Position numbers and translations under genes: made by a program. Below, one piece after another: positions 1 to 8,792 of a stretch of 55,404 nucleotides of DNA. The notes under the pieces are model-generated. The model was not told the DNA's origin and did not search any database. It saw nothing but the letters and a program-made list of their open reading frames with translations. Origin of the DNA: Minisyncoccota bacterium. GTDB taxonomy: Bacteria > Patescibacteriota > Minisyncoccia > Phycocordibacterales > Phycocordibacteraceae. Positions within the stretch are counted from its first letter, which is position 1. The number at the start of each line of letters is the position of its first letter. The stretch is taken from contig DATLTM010000023.1 in assembly GCA_035533615.1 (NCBI GenBank), positions 1 to 55,404 on the forward strand. Reading direction: 5' to 3'.

Positions 1-82
1 GATATAACACTTGCCCCACACCACCCGTGCGCGTGTTAATAGGCAATTTATTTTTTCGCCACTTTGAAATCGGCGAAACTCC

Positions 83-868
83 CTAACTACGAGCTGTGAT
101 TGAATCTTTCTTGAGTTTTTCGAGTGCCCTCACAAATCTAGCTGTAAAATTAAAATATTTTTTGAAGTACTCCGCCGTTTCTGCAGTGCTAATGCCGTCA
201 ATAAAGGCGAAGTCTCTATAGTTCGATCTTATTCTCATGTAATATGGGAAATCAAAAATCGAAACGAGCAAGGTTTTTCTAAGGTAATTGTTGTATTTGA
301 TCTTGTGAGTACTTTTCCGAAGGTTAATACTATTTTTTCTCCTCCAATCTTCCTCTTTGTAGTGGGCTATCTTGCGAAGTGCCATTTTATACATATCAGC
401 TGTTGAAGTTCTGCTGCTAAGATTTGCTCCCGCCGCTACTCTATAATCAAGAATACTACCGTCAAAGACTTGGTTTAGAGTCGGCTCTGAAAACTCAATC
501 TCACCCCTTTGAAGTTTCCTTGTGAACTCGTCAACACAAGAAGAATGACCTGTACGGAAGACATGTTTTTGAGGGTTGAATACGTATTCAATAGTGAGTA
601 GTACGTTGAATATCAGATAATAAGATTTTATAGGTAGCCAAGAAGTAGAAGCGTACGAATAGTCCTCATCAATATTGACGATTGCCAACTCGTCATTCAG
701 AGATTTTTTCGTGAGAGAAATGAGATTATCTTTCTCTCCAATATACGGCAATGCCGCCTTTTTGAGACTGCCATTGTATCGCAGAAGGACACCATCCATC
801 AGGTCGCTAAGACAGCCAATGTAGTTAAAGTGAGTATCGTATGCTTGGCGTTCTGTGCTGTACACCAT
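83..868 (-). CDS. hypothetical protein, distal gene of the AT-rich cargo block (K/N/Y/I-rich, looks all-helical; no family recognised with confidence)
   Basis: 261-aa uninterrupted ORF. It lies 20 nt downstream of ORF 889..2007 on the same strand. Its AT-rich composition is shared with 1..2230 and is unlike the rest of the window. Confidence 0.6.
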   Translation of the reverse strand: MVYSTERQAYDTHFNYIGCLSDLMDGVLLRYNGSLKKAALPYIGEKDNLISLTKKSLNDELAIVNIDEDYSYASTSWLPIKSYYLIFNVLLTIEYVFNPQKHVFRTGHSSCVDEFTRKLQRGEIEFSEPTLNQVFDGSILDYRVAAGANLSSRTSTADMYKMALRKIAHYKEEDWRRKNSINLRKSTHKIKYNNYLRKTLLVSIFDFPYYMRIRSNYRDFAFIDGISTAETAEYFKKYFNFTARFVRALEKLKKDSITARS

Positions 869-888
869 GTTTTTCGATGAACATTATC

Positions 889-2007
889 TTACGGGGTTTC
901 TTCGTGATAGTCAGTGTAATAGTATTTTTCGTTTTTCTCCTTCTGATCTTTATAGTCAGCAATAGATACAGAGAGGTAATTATTTAGATAGTGGATACTG
1001 TTATCCTTCATCCAACCCGGTTCATAATAAGTATCATCGTCTTTCCGTTTGTATGGGTCGATAAATTTCTCTTCGCCTAAATATTTGAGGCTTTTGCCGT
1101 TAAACTTCTTATATATTTCAAGAAATTTTCCGCTTACTGATGAATCTATCGCAAACTGCGTTTTTAGATAGTTGTAGTTAGCAATTTCAGCGTTAAGTTC
1201 CTTCCAATCTTTTGTGAAATCCTTGGATGGGTCGTTGCTTAGTAATTTTTTATAAGAATCGGTCGCATACATTGAGAGATTTAAGTAATTAGTCGGAAGT
1301 CCTTGAAAAACATACATCAGCGAGAAAGTGGTTATCGTCTCCCAAGTTTTATAGACCGCAAGCCCATCCCTATAGATTTGCGGACTCGTTTCTTTACTGA
1401 AGTTGCCAATCTGCACTTTTATCATCCCGTTTACAACGAGAAATCTTATTCGTATCCCTTCACTAATGTCCTGAAAGAAGCCATCCTCTTTGTCTTCCGC
1501 GTATTCGTACGGAATGAATATTTCGTGAGTGATACTATCGCTAAAATCTACCTGACCATTTTCCCACAAAATATTATTTTTGATGTTGTATTTAACACTT
1601 TCCCACACATACCTTACGCCGCTTTTCTCATCAGTATAATCGTTATCGTTCTTATATTTCTTTTTGTAATTTTCGACTATTTGTTCAACCCATGCTTTTT
1701 TATCTGCGAATTTAAATTCTGCATTTTTACGCCAGATCGGCTTTTTGCCACTTTTTAATTTATCGAACAATGAAGAAACTGAATCGTGGTTTAGAATTGC
1801 CGCCACGTTCATCTTTAACTCAATAGATATGTTGGATTGCCTCTCTACTTCCGAATGACCTATGCCTTCAAACATCTTCGTGAGACTGTACCCAAACAGA
1901 CGCGAAAGAAACCATGTGAATAAAACAAGAGCAATCAAAAAACTGTTTTCGTAAAAGAAGAAAACGCTCGCCGCACCTAATGCAAAAGTGAAGATTTGAG
2001 AAAGCAT
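889..2007 (-). CDS. hypothetical membrane-anchored protein (hydrophobic N-terminal ~40 aa, probably two TM helices, then a ~330-aa K/N/Y/D-rich soluble domain)
   Basis: 372-aa ORF with N-terminus MLSQIFTFALGAASVFFFYENSFLIALVLFTWFLSRLFGY. It lies 4 nt downstream of the XRE gene, so the arrangement is operon-like. Confidence 0.65.
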   Translation of the reverse strand: MLSQIFTFALGAASVFFFYENSFLIALVLFTWFLSRLFGYSLTKMFEGIGHSEVERQSNISIELKMNVAAILNHDSVSSLFDKLKSGKKPIWRKNAEFKFADKKAWVEQIVENYKKKYKNDNDYTDEKSGVRYVWESVKYNIKNNILWENGQVDFSDSITHEIFIPYEYAEDKEDGFFQDISEGIRIRFLVVNGMIKVQIGNFSKETSPQIYRDGLAVYKTWETITTFSLMYVFQGLPTNYLNLSMYATDSYKKLLSNDPSKDFTKDWKELNAEIANYNYLKTQFAIDSSVSGKFLEIYKKFNGKSLKYLGEEKFIDPYKRKDDDTYYEPGWMKDNSIHYLNNYLSVSIADYKDQKEKNEKYYYTDYHEETP

Positions 2008-2011
2008 ATTG

Positions 2012-2230
2012 TTATTTTATAAAGTAATCAACTGATTTTTTATACACCTTCGCCAACTCTCCCAATTCTACCGCGTCAATTCCGCGTTCGCCCCGCTCGA
2101 TCTTGGAAAGATACGCTTGCGGTTTCCTAAGTCTTTTACCCGCCTCTACTTGAGTTAGTCCTGCTTCAAGGCGAGCTGTGCGGAGCCTTTGTGTTAGTTT
2201 TTGATACTTTGGTAAATACTTTTTCGACAT
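2012..2230 (-). CDS. XRE-family helix-turn-helix transcriptional regulator (Cro/CI-like)
   Basis: 72-aa ORF containing LRTARLEAGLTQVEAGKRLRKPQAYLSKIERGERGIDAVELGELAKVY, a typical HTH_3 pattern. It is divergent from the recombinase gene. Confidence 0.85.
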   Translation of the reverse strand: MSKKYLPKYQKLTQRLRTARLEAGLTQVEAGKRLRKPQAYLSKIERGERGIDAVELGELAKVYKKSVDYFIK

Positions 2231-2260
2231 AGTTATACTATCACGCTATAGTCGATTGTG

Positions 2261-2283
2261 GAATATACCAGTTTGGTATATTC
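2261..2283. promoter_or_regulatory. perfect 10-3-10 inverted repeat GAATATACCA-GTT-TGGTATATTC in the divergent XRE/recombinase intergenic region; candidate operator
   Basis: Both arms were read directly and are exact reverse complements. The repeat lies between the XRE start (2230) and the recombinase start (2310) and overlaps a TATATT -10-like hexamer. Confidence 0.5.
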
Positions 2284-2309
2284 TTAATGATGTAAAAATA
2301 CCTTCCCTT

Positions 2310-3980
2310 ATGTCTACCTACTTCCTCTACGCCCGCAAATCTACCGATGTCGAGGACAAGCAAGTCCTCTCGATAGACGCGCAGCTCTCCGAGTTGCGCT
2401 CTCTCGCCAAACACGACGGATTGCAGATTGTGGCGGAGTTCGTGGAGAAGCAGTCCGCCAAGATGCCCGGCCGTCCGGTATTCAACGATATGATCCGGCG
2501 ACTCATCGCAGGAGAAGCACAGGGTATTGTGTGTTGGAAAATTGACCGCCTTGCTCGCAATCCGGTAGACGGCGGCCAGATCAGTTGGCTCTTGCAACAA
2601 AGCGTCATTCAGCACATCCAAACCCACGACCGCAGTTTTCTCCCGGCCGATAACGTGTTGATGATGTCCGTTGAGTTGGGAATGGCGAATCAGTACATCC
2701 GCGACTTGAGCGCGAACACGAAACGCGGACAACGGGAGAAGGCAAGACGCGGCGAGTATCCGGGGCTTGCTCCGTTGGGCTACATAAACAATCCGCGTAC
2801 TAAGCGGGTTGAAGTTGATCGTCGCAAGGCTCCGGCGATACGGGCGGCTTTCGAGCTGTACGCCGAGAATAAGTCTCGTTTCGAGGACATCGCCGCCTTT
2901 CTGTACGAGCGGAGCGTGAGAACCAAGAAGATAAATAAGTCCGGCAGCAGTGGCGACAAACCTTTAAAGAAGGACAGCATCAAGAAGATGCTCACAAACA
3001 TTTTCTACTACGGCCATTTCGAGTATTCCGGAGAGATATACAAAGGCGTGCATACCCCGCTCGTATCCAAGCAGCTTTTCGATAAGGTGCAGGCCGTTTT
3101 AGAACTACGCGGCAGACAACGGCACAAACCCAAGAACGAGCCGCAACCGTTGTGCGGCATCATGCGTTGCGGCGAGTGCGGCGGAATGATAACCGGAGAA
3201 GTCATAACGAAGCACCAGAAGAACGGCAACGTCCACCGATACGTTTACTATCGTTGTACTAAGAAACGCGGCCTATGCTCGCAGTCATATATCCGCGAGG
3301 AGGCATTGAGCGTTCAGCTCTCCGATCTGCTTTCGCTCTACGTTATGCCTACGGATTGGCCGCAAGAGCTATGTCGCATGGCTAACGAGGACGAGCAGAA
3401 AGCCGAGTCCGTTGCCATGACGGCCGTGCAAGAACTCCGAGTGAAGATCGCCCAACTGGACGGCAAGATGAGCCGATTCGTTGATCTCTATTCCGAGCAA
3501 GACATAGACCGCGACACGTTCCTTACCCGCAAGCGTGGCCTGATGTCCGAGCGCAAGTCGGCCGAGGAACAGATCGCCCGACTGGAACATGACGCTACGC
3601 TTTGGCTCCAACCTCTGCGGGATTTCATAAAGGACGCTTCAATGCTGGAGGAAATAGCAAAAACAGACAACCTCCCCTCCAAAAAACTCTCCCTCCAAAA
3701 AATCTTCGGCTCCAACCTTTCCTTACATACGCGCGAAGCGCGCGGCGTGGCTCTACCACAATGGGCTTCACTGCGTGAAGCCCAAAATAATTTTGATAAA
3801 TCTAGTCCTGTCCTATGTATTGCGGATGGGGAGGGATTCGAACCCTCGAGGGGTTGTAACGCCCCTGCCACGTTAGCAGTGTGGTACTTTCGGCCGCTCA
3901 GTCACCCATCCATAAGAAGCAGGGTACCAAATTTAATGTGTGAGAGCGAGGAAGACTATATGTGTTGGACCAGTTTTTGA
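2310..3980 (+). CDS. large serine recombinase (resolvase catalytic domain, recombinase domain, zinc ribbon, coiled coil); 3' end uncertain
   Basis: N-terminus MSTYFLYARKSTDVEDKQVLSIDAQ, then GIVCWKIDRLARN, zinc-ribbon CGIMRCGECGG...YYRCTKK, and a coiled-coil region. The start is taken at the internal ATG 2310. The last ~55 codons of the ORF run antisense through tRNA-Ser. Confidence 0.85.
   Translation: MSTYFLYARKSTDVEDKQVLSIDAQLSELRSLAKHDGLQIVAEFVEKQSAKMPGRPVFNDMIRRLIAGEAQGIVCWKIDRLARNPVDGGQISWLLQQSVIQHIQTHDRSFLPADNVLMMSVELGMANQYIRDLSANTKRGQREKARRGEYPGLAPLGYINNPRTKRVEVDRRKAPAIRAAFELYAENKSRFEDIAAFLYERSVRTKKINKSGSSGDKPLKKDSIKKMLTNIFYYGHFEYSGEIYKGVHTPLVSKQLFDKVQAVLELRGRQRHKPKNEPQPLCGIMRCGECGGMITGEVITKHQKNGNVHRYVYYRCTKKRGLCSQSYIREEALSVQLSDLLSLYVMPTDWPQELCRMANEDEQKAESVAMTAVQELRVKIAQLDGKMSRFVDLYSEQDIDRDTFLTRKRGLMSERKSAEEQIARLEHDATLWLQPLRDFIKDASMLEEIAKTDNLPSKKLSLQKIFGSNLSLHTREARGVALPQWASLREAQNNFDKSSPVLCIADGEGFEPSRGCNAPATLAVWYFRPLSHPSIRSRVPNLMCESEEDYMCWTSF
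3823..3911 (-). tRNA. tRNA-Ser (anticodon GCU), long variable arm, CCA not encoded
   Basis: The reverse complement reads GGATGGG..ACTGAGCGGCCGAAAGT..CCACA CTGCTAA CGTGG..long variable arm..GAGGGTTCGAATCCCTC CCCATCC G. The acceptor, T arm and anticodon loop CUGCUAA were folded by hand. Confidence 0.9.
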
Positions 3981-4287
3981 GCGCGCTGACAACAGACTAG
4001 GGTGTCGCGCCGGGGTGGTGATGACATGGCTGTGGAATTCACCATCGGCTTCACGCAGGTATACAGCGAGCGCTTCGAAAAGAATTTACAAAGCACAACT
4101 GTCCATGTGATAACTTAGCCTCGCGTATCGTTGCGCGTACCAGAGCAATTTAAAAGAGGGAGTATAACCGTTTCAGATCTCGTGGCTGATACGAGAAGTT
4201 AGACAACCAGCGCAAGAAATATCTCGTCTGAAATGTTTTGCAGAATGCATTCATCCACATGAAGAGGGAAGAGGGAGTCAAAAAAGC

Positions 4288-5406
4288 GTGACATGGTATC
4301 ATTCTCGCATGGCATTTCTCGATTCTTTCTTCGTGAAAAAGGAGAAAAGTGTTCTAGGCGTTGATATTGGCTCTTCATCCTTAAAAGTCGTTCAACTGCG
4401 CAAGGATCGCGGGCAGGCAGTGCTCGAGACCTACGGAGAGCTCGCGCTCGGTCCATACGGCGGCTCCGAGGTCGGGCAGGCGACGAATCTTTCCGCGGAG
4501 CAGATATCTGAGACGTTGAAAGATCTCTTGCGTGAAGCGAAAGTAACGACGACAAGCTGCGGCGTCTCGATACCGTTTGCGCGCTCGCTCCTCACACTTG
4601 TCAGTTTGCCATACCGCAAGGATCCGGCAGAACAAAAAACCGTCATCGAGCTCGAAGCTCGCAAGTATATTCCCGTGCCAGTGAGCGAGGTGCAGCTCGA
4701 CTGGTTCATTGTGCCGAAAGGGGATCCTGCGCAATTTGCAGAGAAGGATGCAGAAGGGGCCGCGACTAAACGGGAAACGGTAGAAGTGCTTCTGGTCGCT
4801 GTCCACAATAATGAGCTCGCGCTCCTGCAGCGGGTCGTCGCGAATGCGGGACTCTCTGCAAACTTTTATGAAATTGAAATATTCAGTACCATTCGTGCGG
4901 TAGTTGACGAGCCAGTAAAGCCGGTTATGGTGATTGATGTCGGCGCGGCTTCAACAAAGACGTATGTCATTGAACACGGTGTCGTTGCGCTCTCGCACGC
5001 GATAGGCGCTGGGAGCCAAGACATCACACGCGCCATATCAGTTTCAGACAATCTCTCCATCGCTCGGGCCGAAGTGCTTAAAAAGCAGGAAGGCATTGGC
5101 GGCGCTGACACCAGTGGGAGTACCGAACTCGTTTTCTCGCGTATTTTCTCGGAGGCGCGCCGTGTTCTTATGCAATACGAGACGGCACATAAGAAAGCGA
5201 TCGCCTCTATCGTGCTCACAGGCGGCGGCGGTATCACGAAAGAACTTGGCGCATATGCGAAACGCATCTTCTCAATCGATGTACATGTGGCAAACCCGTT
5301 TATGAAAACCGAAGCCCCGGCTTTTATGCGCCCGGTTCTTGAAGAGATCGGTCCCGAGTTTGCGGTCGCGGTCGGTCTCGCACTTCGGAAGCTTGGAGAG
5401 ACCTGA
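4288..5406 (+). CDS. pilM: type IV pilus assembly protein PilM (actin-like ATPase fold)
   Basis: VLGVDIGSSSLKVVQL... and ...IVLTGGGG motifs. The GTG at 4288 is preceded by a GGGAG-rich SD. An alternative ATG start is at 4309. Confidence 0.85.
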   Translation: MTWYHSRMAFLDSFFVKKEKSVLGVDIGSSSLKVVQLRKDRGQAVLETYGELALGPYGGSEVGQATNLSAEQISETLKDLLREAKVTTTSCGVSIPFARSLLTLVSLPYRKDPAEQKTVIELEARKYIPVPVSEVQLDWFIVPKGDPAQFAEKDAEGAATKRETVEVLLVAVHNNELALLQRVVANAGLSANFYEIEIFSTIRAVVDEPVKPVMVIDVGAASTKTYVIEHGVVALSHAIGAGSQDITRAISVSDNLSIARAEVLKKQEGIGGADTSGSTELVFSRIFSEARRVLMQYETAHKKAIASIVLTGGGGITKELGAYAKRIFSIDVHVANPFMKTEAPAFMRPVLEEIGPEFAVAVGLALRKLGET

Positions 5407-5459
5407 ATAACAGCGAACGTTTTGCACAGATGCTCCGCGCGTTTCTTGCGCGCGTATCG

Positions 5460-5465
5460 TATACT
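5460..5465 (+). promoter_or_regulatory. putative -10 hexamer TATACT, 9 nt before the pilN-like ATG
   Basis: Read directly. It belongs to the recurrent TATACT/TATAAT-N6-9-ATG pattern in this window. Confidence 0.35.
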
Positions 5466-5474
5466 GGAGAAGAA

Positions 5475-6053
5475 ATGGACCTTCCCCCTACGATTCCGAC
5501 ATCGTTTGTCCCGCAAACGGCATCCGTCTCCGCGCGCCGCTTTCGAAGCGATTTTTCCGGCGCGTTCGCTCTCTTTGCGTACGGGGTTCTCGGTCTTGTT
5601 TTTCTGCTTGCGCTCGGCGTTTTTGCGTACGACCAGATTCTTGCGAACCAGCAGGGGTCAAAGGATGCTGCGCTCTCGAAGGCCGAGGCAGCTATTGACC
5701 CGACGACTGCCACCGACTTCGTGCGGCTGCGCGATCGCCTGAATTCCGCAACGACGCTTCTCACGAACCATGTCGCTTTTTCCGGCTTCTTCACGCTCCT
5801 TGAGACCATCCTGCCGACCACCGTTCGTTTTACCACTTTGCACCTCTCATTCGATAGCGCTGGAAATGCGAGTTTCGACGGCTCCGGCATCGCCAGAAGC
5901 TTCAATGCACTTGCGGCGACATCTGCGGCGTTTGCAGCAGACGGCCGCATAAAGGATGCCATTTTCTCCAACATCGTCATCAATAAGGATAACTCCGTCT
6001 CTTTCTCCATTTCCGCCTCGCTCGACCCCAAGCTCATCGCCTTTTCGCCATGA
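5475..6053 (+). CDS. PilN-like pilus assembly protein (single N-terminal TM)
   Basis: It sits between pilM and the pilO-like gene. It has one TM helix (FALFAYGVLGLVFLLALGVFAY) followed by a soluble domain. Its stop overlaps the next start (ATGA). Confidence 0.6.
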   Translation: MDLPPTIPTSFVPQTASVSARRFRSDFSGAFALFAYGVLGLVFLLALGVFAYDQILANQQGSKDAALSKAEAAIDPTTATDFVRLRDRLNSATTLLTNHVAFSGFFTLLETILPTTVRFTTLHLSFDSAGNASFDGSGIARSFNALAATSAAFAADGRIKDAIFSNIVINKDNSVSFSISASLDPKLIAFSP

Positions 6054-6619
6054 ACAGCCGTATCCTGCCATCGCTCGCACTCTTGGTTGCCGTCGGTATA
6101 TTCTTTGCCTACGTGAACCCGACATGGTCCGGTTCGATAGCGGCAAAGCAAGCAACCATCGCCTCCGATGATCAGGCGCTTGCCGCTGCAACCGAATATA
6201 CAAACCAGCAGAATCAGCTCGCTGCAGCGCGCGATGCAATTGATCCCACGGATCTCACTGGGCTCACCACACTCCTTCCCGACTCGGTCGATAACGTCGG
6301 CTTAATCCTGGATTTGAATGCACTTGCTGCGAGCAGCGGACTTTCGCTTTCCAGCGTCGACATTACGTCGAACACCGCTTCGACGGGGTCGACAAATTCT
6401 GGCGCGGTAGTGAGCGCATTGCCAAATCCGGTTGTAAGCCCGGTCGGTTCGGTCGATCTCTCACTCTCCGCCATCGGCACTTACAGTGCCTTCAAAGCCT
6501 TCCTCGGTGCCATAGAGAAAAGCGAACGCCTGCTTGATGTCCAGGATATCGTCATCAAGGGTTCTGATACCGGCGTCTATGGCTACCAGATGACGATACG
6601 CATCTACTGGCTGCGCTGA
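6050..6619 (+). CDS. PilO-like pilus assembly protein
   Basis: N-terminal TM helix, a coiled-coil segment and a C-terminal ferredoxin-like region. It is translationally coupled to the upstream gene. Confidence 0.6.
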   Translation: MNSRILPSLALLVAVGIFFAYVNPTWSGSIAAKQATIASDDQALAAATEYTNQQNQLAAARDAIDPTDLTGLTTLLPDSVDNVGLILDLNALAASSGLSLSSVDITSNTASTGSTNSGAVVSALPNPVVSPVGSVDLSLSAIGTYSAFKAFLGAIEKSERLLDVQDIVIKGSDTGVYGYQMTIRIYWLR

Positions 6620-6641
6620 TCGAGCTTTTATATTCATAAAT

Positions 6642-6989
6642 ATGAAACCAAACACTCTCTATATCATCCTCGCCACGCTCGTTATTGCTGCGGGTGCCTA
6701 CTGGTATTTCTTTACCGGAACGGGGAATCAGCCGCCGCTGTCCGCAAGCGCGGCAGCGAGTCCCGCACAAGTGCAGTTTGAAACCTTGGTCAGCGAGCTC
6801 CAACCAATATCATTCAATACGGACATATTTTCGGATCCACGCTTCAGTGCGCTCGTTGACATTTCGACGCCGATTTCGCCGGAATCTTCAGGACGTCTTG
6901 ATCCGCTCGCGCCATTCTCGAGTAGCGGAGGGACCATCCCGACGGCAAATGGAACCACGACGAAGACATCCGCGCTCGGTGGAAATTAA
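6642..6989 (+). CDS. small membrane-anchored pilus-locus protein (possibly PilP-like; GRLDPLAPF motif)
   Basis: 115-aa ORF with an N-terminal TM helix. The C-terminal GRxDP(L/F)xP motif resembles the RDPF motif of PilP-type proteins. It lies between the pilO-like gene and pilB. Confidence 0.45.
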   Translation: MKPNTLYIILATLVIAAGAYWYFFTGTGNQPPLSASAAASPAQVQFETLVSELQPISFNTDIFSDPRFSALVDISTPISPESSGRLDPLAPFSSSGGTIPTANGTTTKTSALGGN

Positions 6990-6992
6990 GGA

Positions 6993-8765
6993 ATGAATTT
7001 TCTCGGATTTCTTGTTGATAAAGGTCTTCTTCCTGCAAGCGAGCGTGCGAAGATTGAGGCTGAACTCGTTAAAAAGCGTCCGCTTGCCGAGGCGCTTGCC
7101 GATCGCAGTATCTTGCTTCCTGACGCGCTTGCGGCAATGGGCGAGGCATACGGAATTCCTACACGTATATTGGGCGATCCGCCTGCCGACGGAGAGGTAC
7201 TCGGGTACATTCCGATTGATTCGGCCCGCCACTATGGATTCGTGCCTCTTGATATCGTCGACGGCGCGCTCGAGGTCGGTATCACCGATCCCGACAACAT
7301 CGAGTCGATTGATGCTCTGCAATTTATTTCTGGCAAAAGTGGCATGCCCTACAAGATTGTTCTCATTACCAAGGAGGACTTTGATCGCGTCCTTGGCGCA
7401 TATAAGAATATCTCGGGCGAGGTCGGGAGTGCTCTTTCTGAATACGAGACAGTTTCAAAGCCGTCGAGTGGCAGACGGCAGCAATCGGATGCGGGTATCT
7501 CGCCTGAAAGCGCGCCAGTCTCGGGCGATGATTCGCTCAATCTCTCTGGCCAAGAGGATGCACCCGTCACAAAGATCGTCTCCACTATATTACGGTATGC
7601 CATCGAGGGGCGCTCATCTGATGTCCATATCGAGCCGTCCCCCACTAATACTAAGGTTCGTTTTCGTCTGGACGGCGAATTACATACCTCGATCGAACTG
7701 CCGGGCAAGGTGCACGAAGCGGTCGTTGCGCGCATCAAGATCCTCGCAAAATTGCGCCTCGATGAGAAGCGCAAACCTCAGGACGGCCGTTTCTCGGCGA
7801 CCGTCGACAAGCGCCGAGTCGACTTCCGTGTCTCTACCTTTCCGACAGAGTATGGCGAGAAGGTGGAAATGCGTATTCTCGATCGGTCGGCGACAACGAC
7901 GACCTTGGAATCGGTCGGGTTCTCAAGCGTGCAGCTCGCCGGGGTCCGCGAGATGATGAAAGTTCCGTTCGGCATCATTCTTATAGCTGGGCCGACCGGT
8001 TCGGGAAAGTCGACGACTCTTTTCGCAATGCTCTCCGAGACCGATCGCGAGGCGAAAAATGTTGTGTCACTCGAGGATCCGGTTGAATACGAGATTCCAG
8101 GTGTCTCGCAGAGCCAGGTGCGGCCTGAAATCGGCTATGATTTTGCGAATGGACTCCGTTCCATCCTGCGTCAGGATCCAGACATCATCATGGTCGGAGA
8201 AATCCGCGACAAGGAGACGGCCGTACTTGCGGTTCAAGCGGCGCTTACCGGCCACCTCGTATTCTCCACCATCCACACCAATTCCGCTGCCGGCGCGATT
8301 CCACGTCTCATCGATATGGGCGTCGATCCGTTCCTTATCGCTCCGACACTCGTCGCTGTCATCGGGCAGCGACTGGTCCAGAAGCTCTGCCCGGGCGCTG
8401 GCAAACCATTCCCAATCGACGAGAGCATAAAGATGCTGCTCGACCGCGATTTCTCGGACCTGCCTGACACATACCGTCGCGCGTTGCCTCCCTTTAAAGA
8501 GTTCTTCCGCGCGAGTCCCACTGAGGAGTGTCCGAACGGCATCCGAGGTCGTACCGCTGTTTTCGAGATACTGCGTATGAACAAGAATCTTGAACAGGTC
8601 GTATTGAAAAAACCGGTCGAAGAAGATGTGTATACTGCCGCACGATCTGGTGGCATGCTCACGATGCGGGAGGACGCTATCCTGAAAGCGCTTACCGGCG
8701 AGATTCCATTCGAGGAGATCAATACGCTCGGTGGAGAACTTTTCCCCGAAGAGAAGGAGGATTGA
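6993..8765 (+). CDS. pilB: type IV pilus assembly ATPase PilB (GspE family)
   Basis: N-terminal GspII_E-like domain, Walker A GPTGSGKSTT, Asp/His boxes and a ~590-aa length. Confidence 0.9.
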   Translation: MNFLGFLVDKGLLPASERAKIEAELVKKRPLAEALADRSILLPDALAAMGEAYGIPTRILGDPPADGEVLGYIPIDSARHYGFVPLDIVDGALEVGITDPDNIESIDALQFISGKSGMPYKIVLITKEDFDRVLGAYKNISGEVGSALSEYETVSKPSSGRRQQSDAGISPESAPVSGDDSLNLSGQEDAPVTKIVSTILRYAIEGRSSDVHIEPSPTNTKVRFRLDGELHTSIELPGKVHEAVVARIKILAKLRLDEKRKPQDGRFSATVDKRRVDFRVSTFPTEYGEKVEMRILDRSATTTTLESVGFSSVQLAGVREMMKVPFGIILIAGPTGSGKSTTLFAMLSETDREAKNVVSLEDPVEYEIPGVSQSQVRPEIGYDFANGLRSILRQDPDIIMVGEIRDKETAVLAVQAALTGHLVFSTIHTNSAAGAIPRLIDMGVDPFLIAPTLVAVIGQRLVQKLCPGAGKPFPIDESIKMLLDRDFSDLPDTYRRALPPFKEFFRASPTEECPNGIRGRTAVFEILRMNKNLEQVVLKKPVEEDVYTAARSGGMLTMREDAILKALTGEIPFEEINTLGGELFPEEKED

Positions 8766-8778
8766 CGCGGAAGCGTAG

Positions 8779-8784
8779 TATACT
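8779..8784 (+). promoter_or_regulatory. putative -10 hexamer TATACT, 8 nt before the receiver-gene ATG (leaderless architecture)
   Basis: Read directly: GTAGTATACTATTTGGCAATG. Confidence 0.4.
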
Positions 8785-8792
8785 ATTTGGCA

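Noticed and set aside
1303-1758. 151-aa plus-strand ORF inside the AT-rich block
   Set aside because: It lies entirely antisense to the longer 889..2007 ORF. Its product is low-complexity and F/I-rich, as expected from an AT-rich antisense frame. It has no start context.
2241-2732. 163-aa minus-strand ORF overlapping the recombinase 5' region
   Set aside because: It is antisense to a confidently identified serine recombinase catalytic domain. This is a typical shadow ORF in GC-rich coding sequence.
3990-4012. Shared 11-mer CAACAGACTAG with 20998..21015
   Set aside because: A single 11-nt match between two sites in a 55-kb window is expected by chance many times over. No extended similarity flanks it.
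5324-6151. Long antisense ORFs across the GC-rich genes (for example 5324..6151, 8067..9017, 17778..18401, 28708..29571, 51468..52472)
   Set aside because: Each is antisense or out of frame to a gene with clear family motifs (pilN/O, pilB, gatC/A, HlyD, FtsX). Their products are Arg/Ser/Pro-rich, which is characteristic of non-coding frames in GC-rich DNA.
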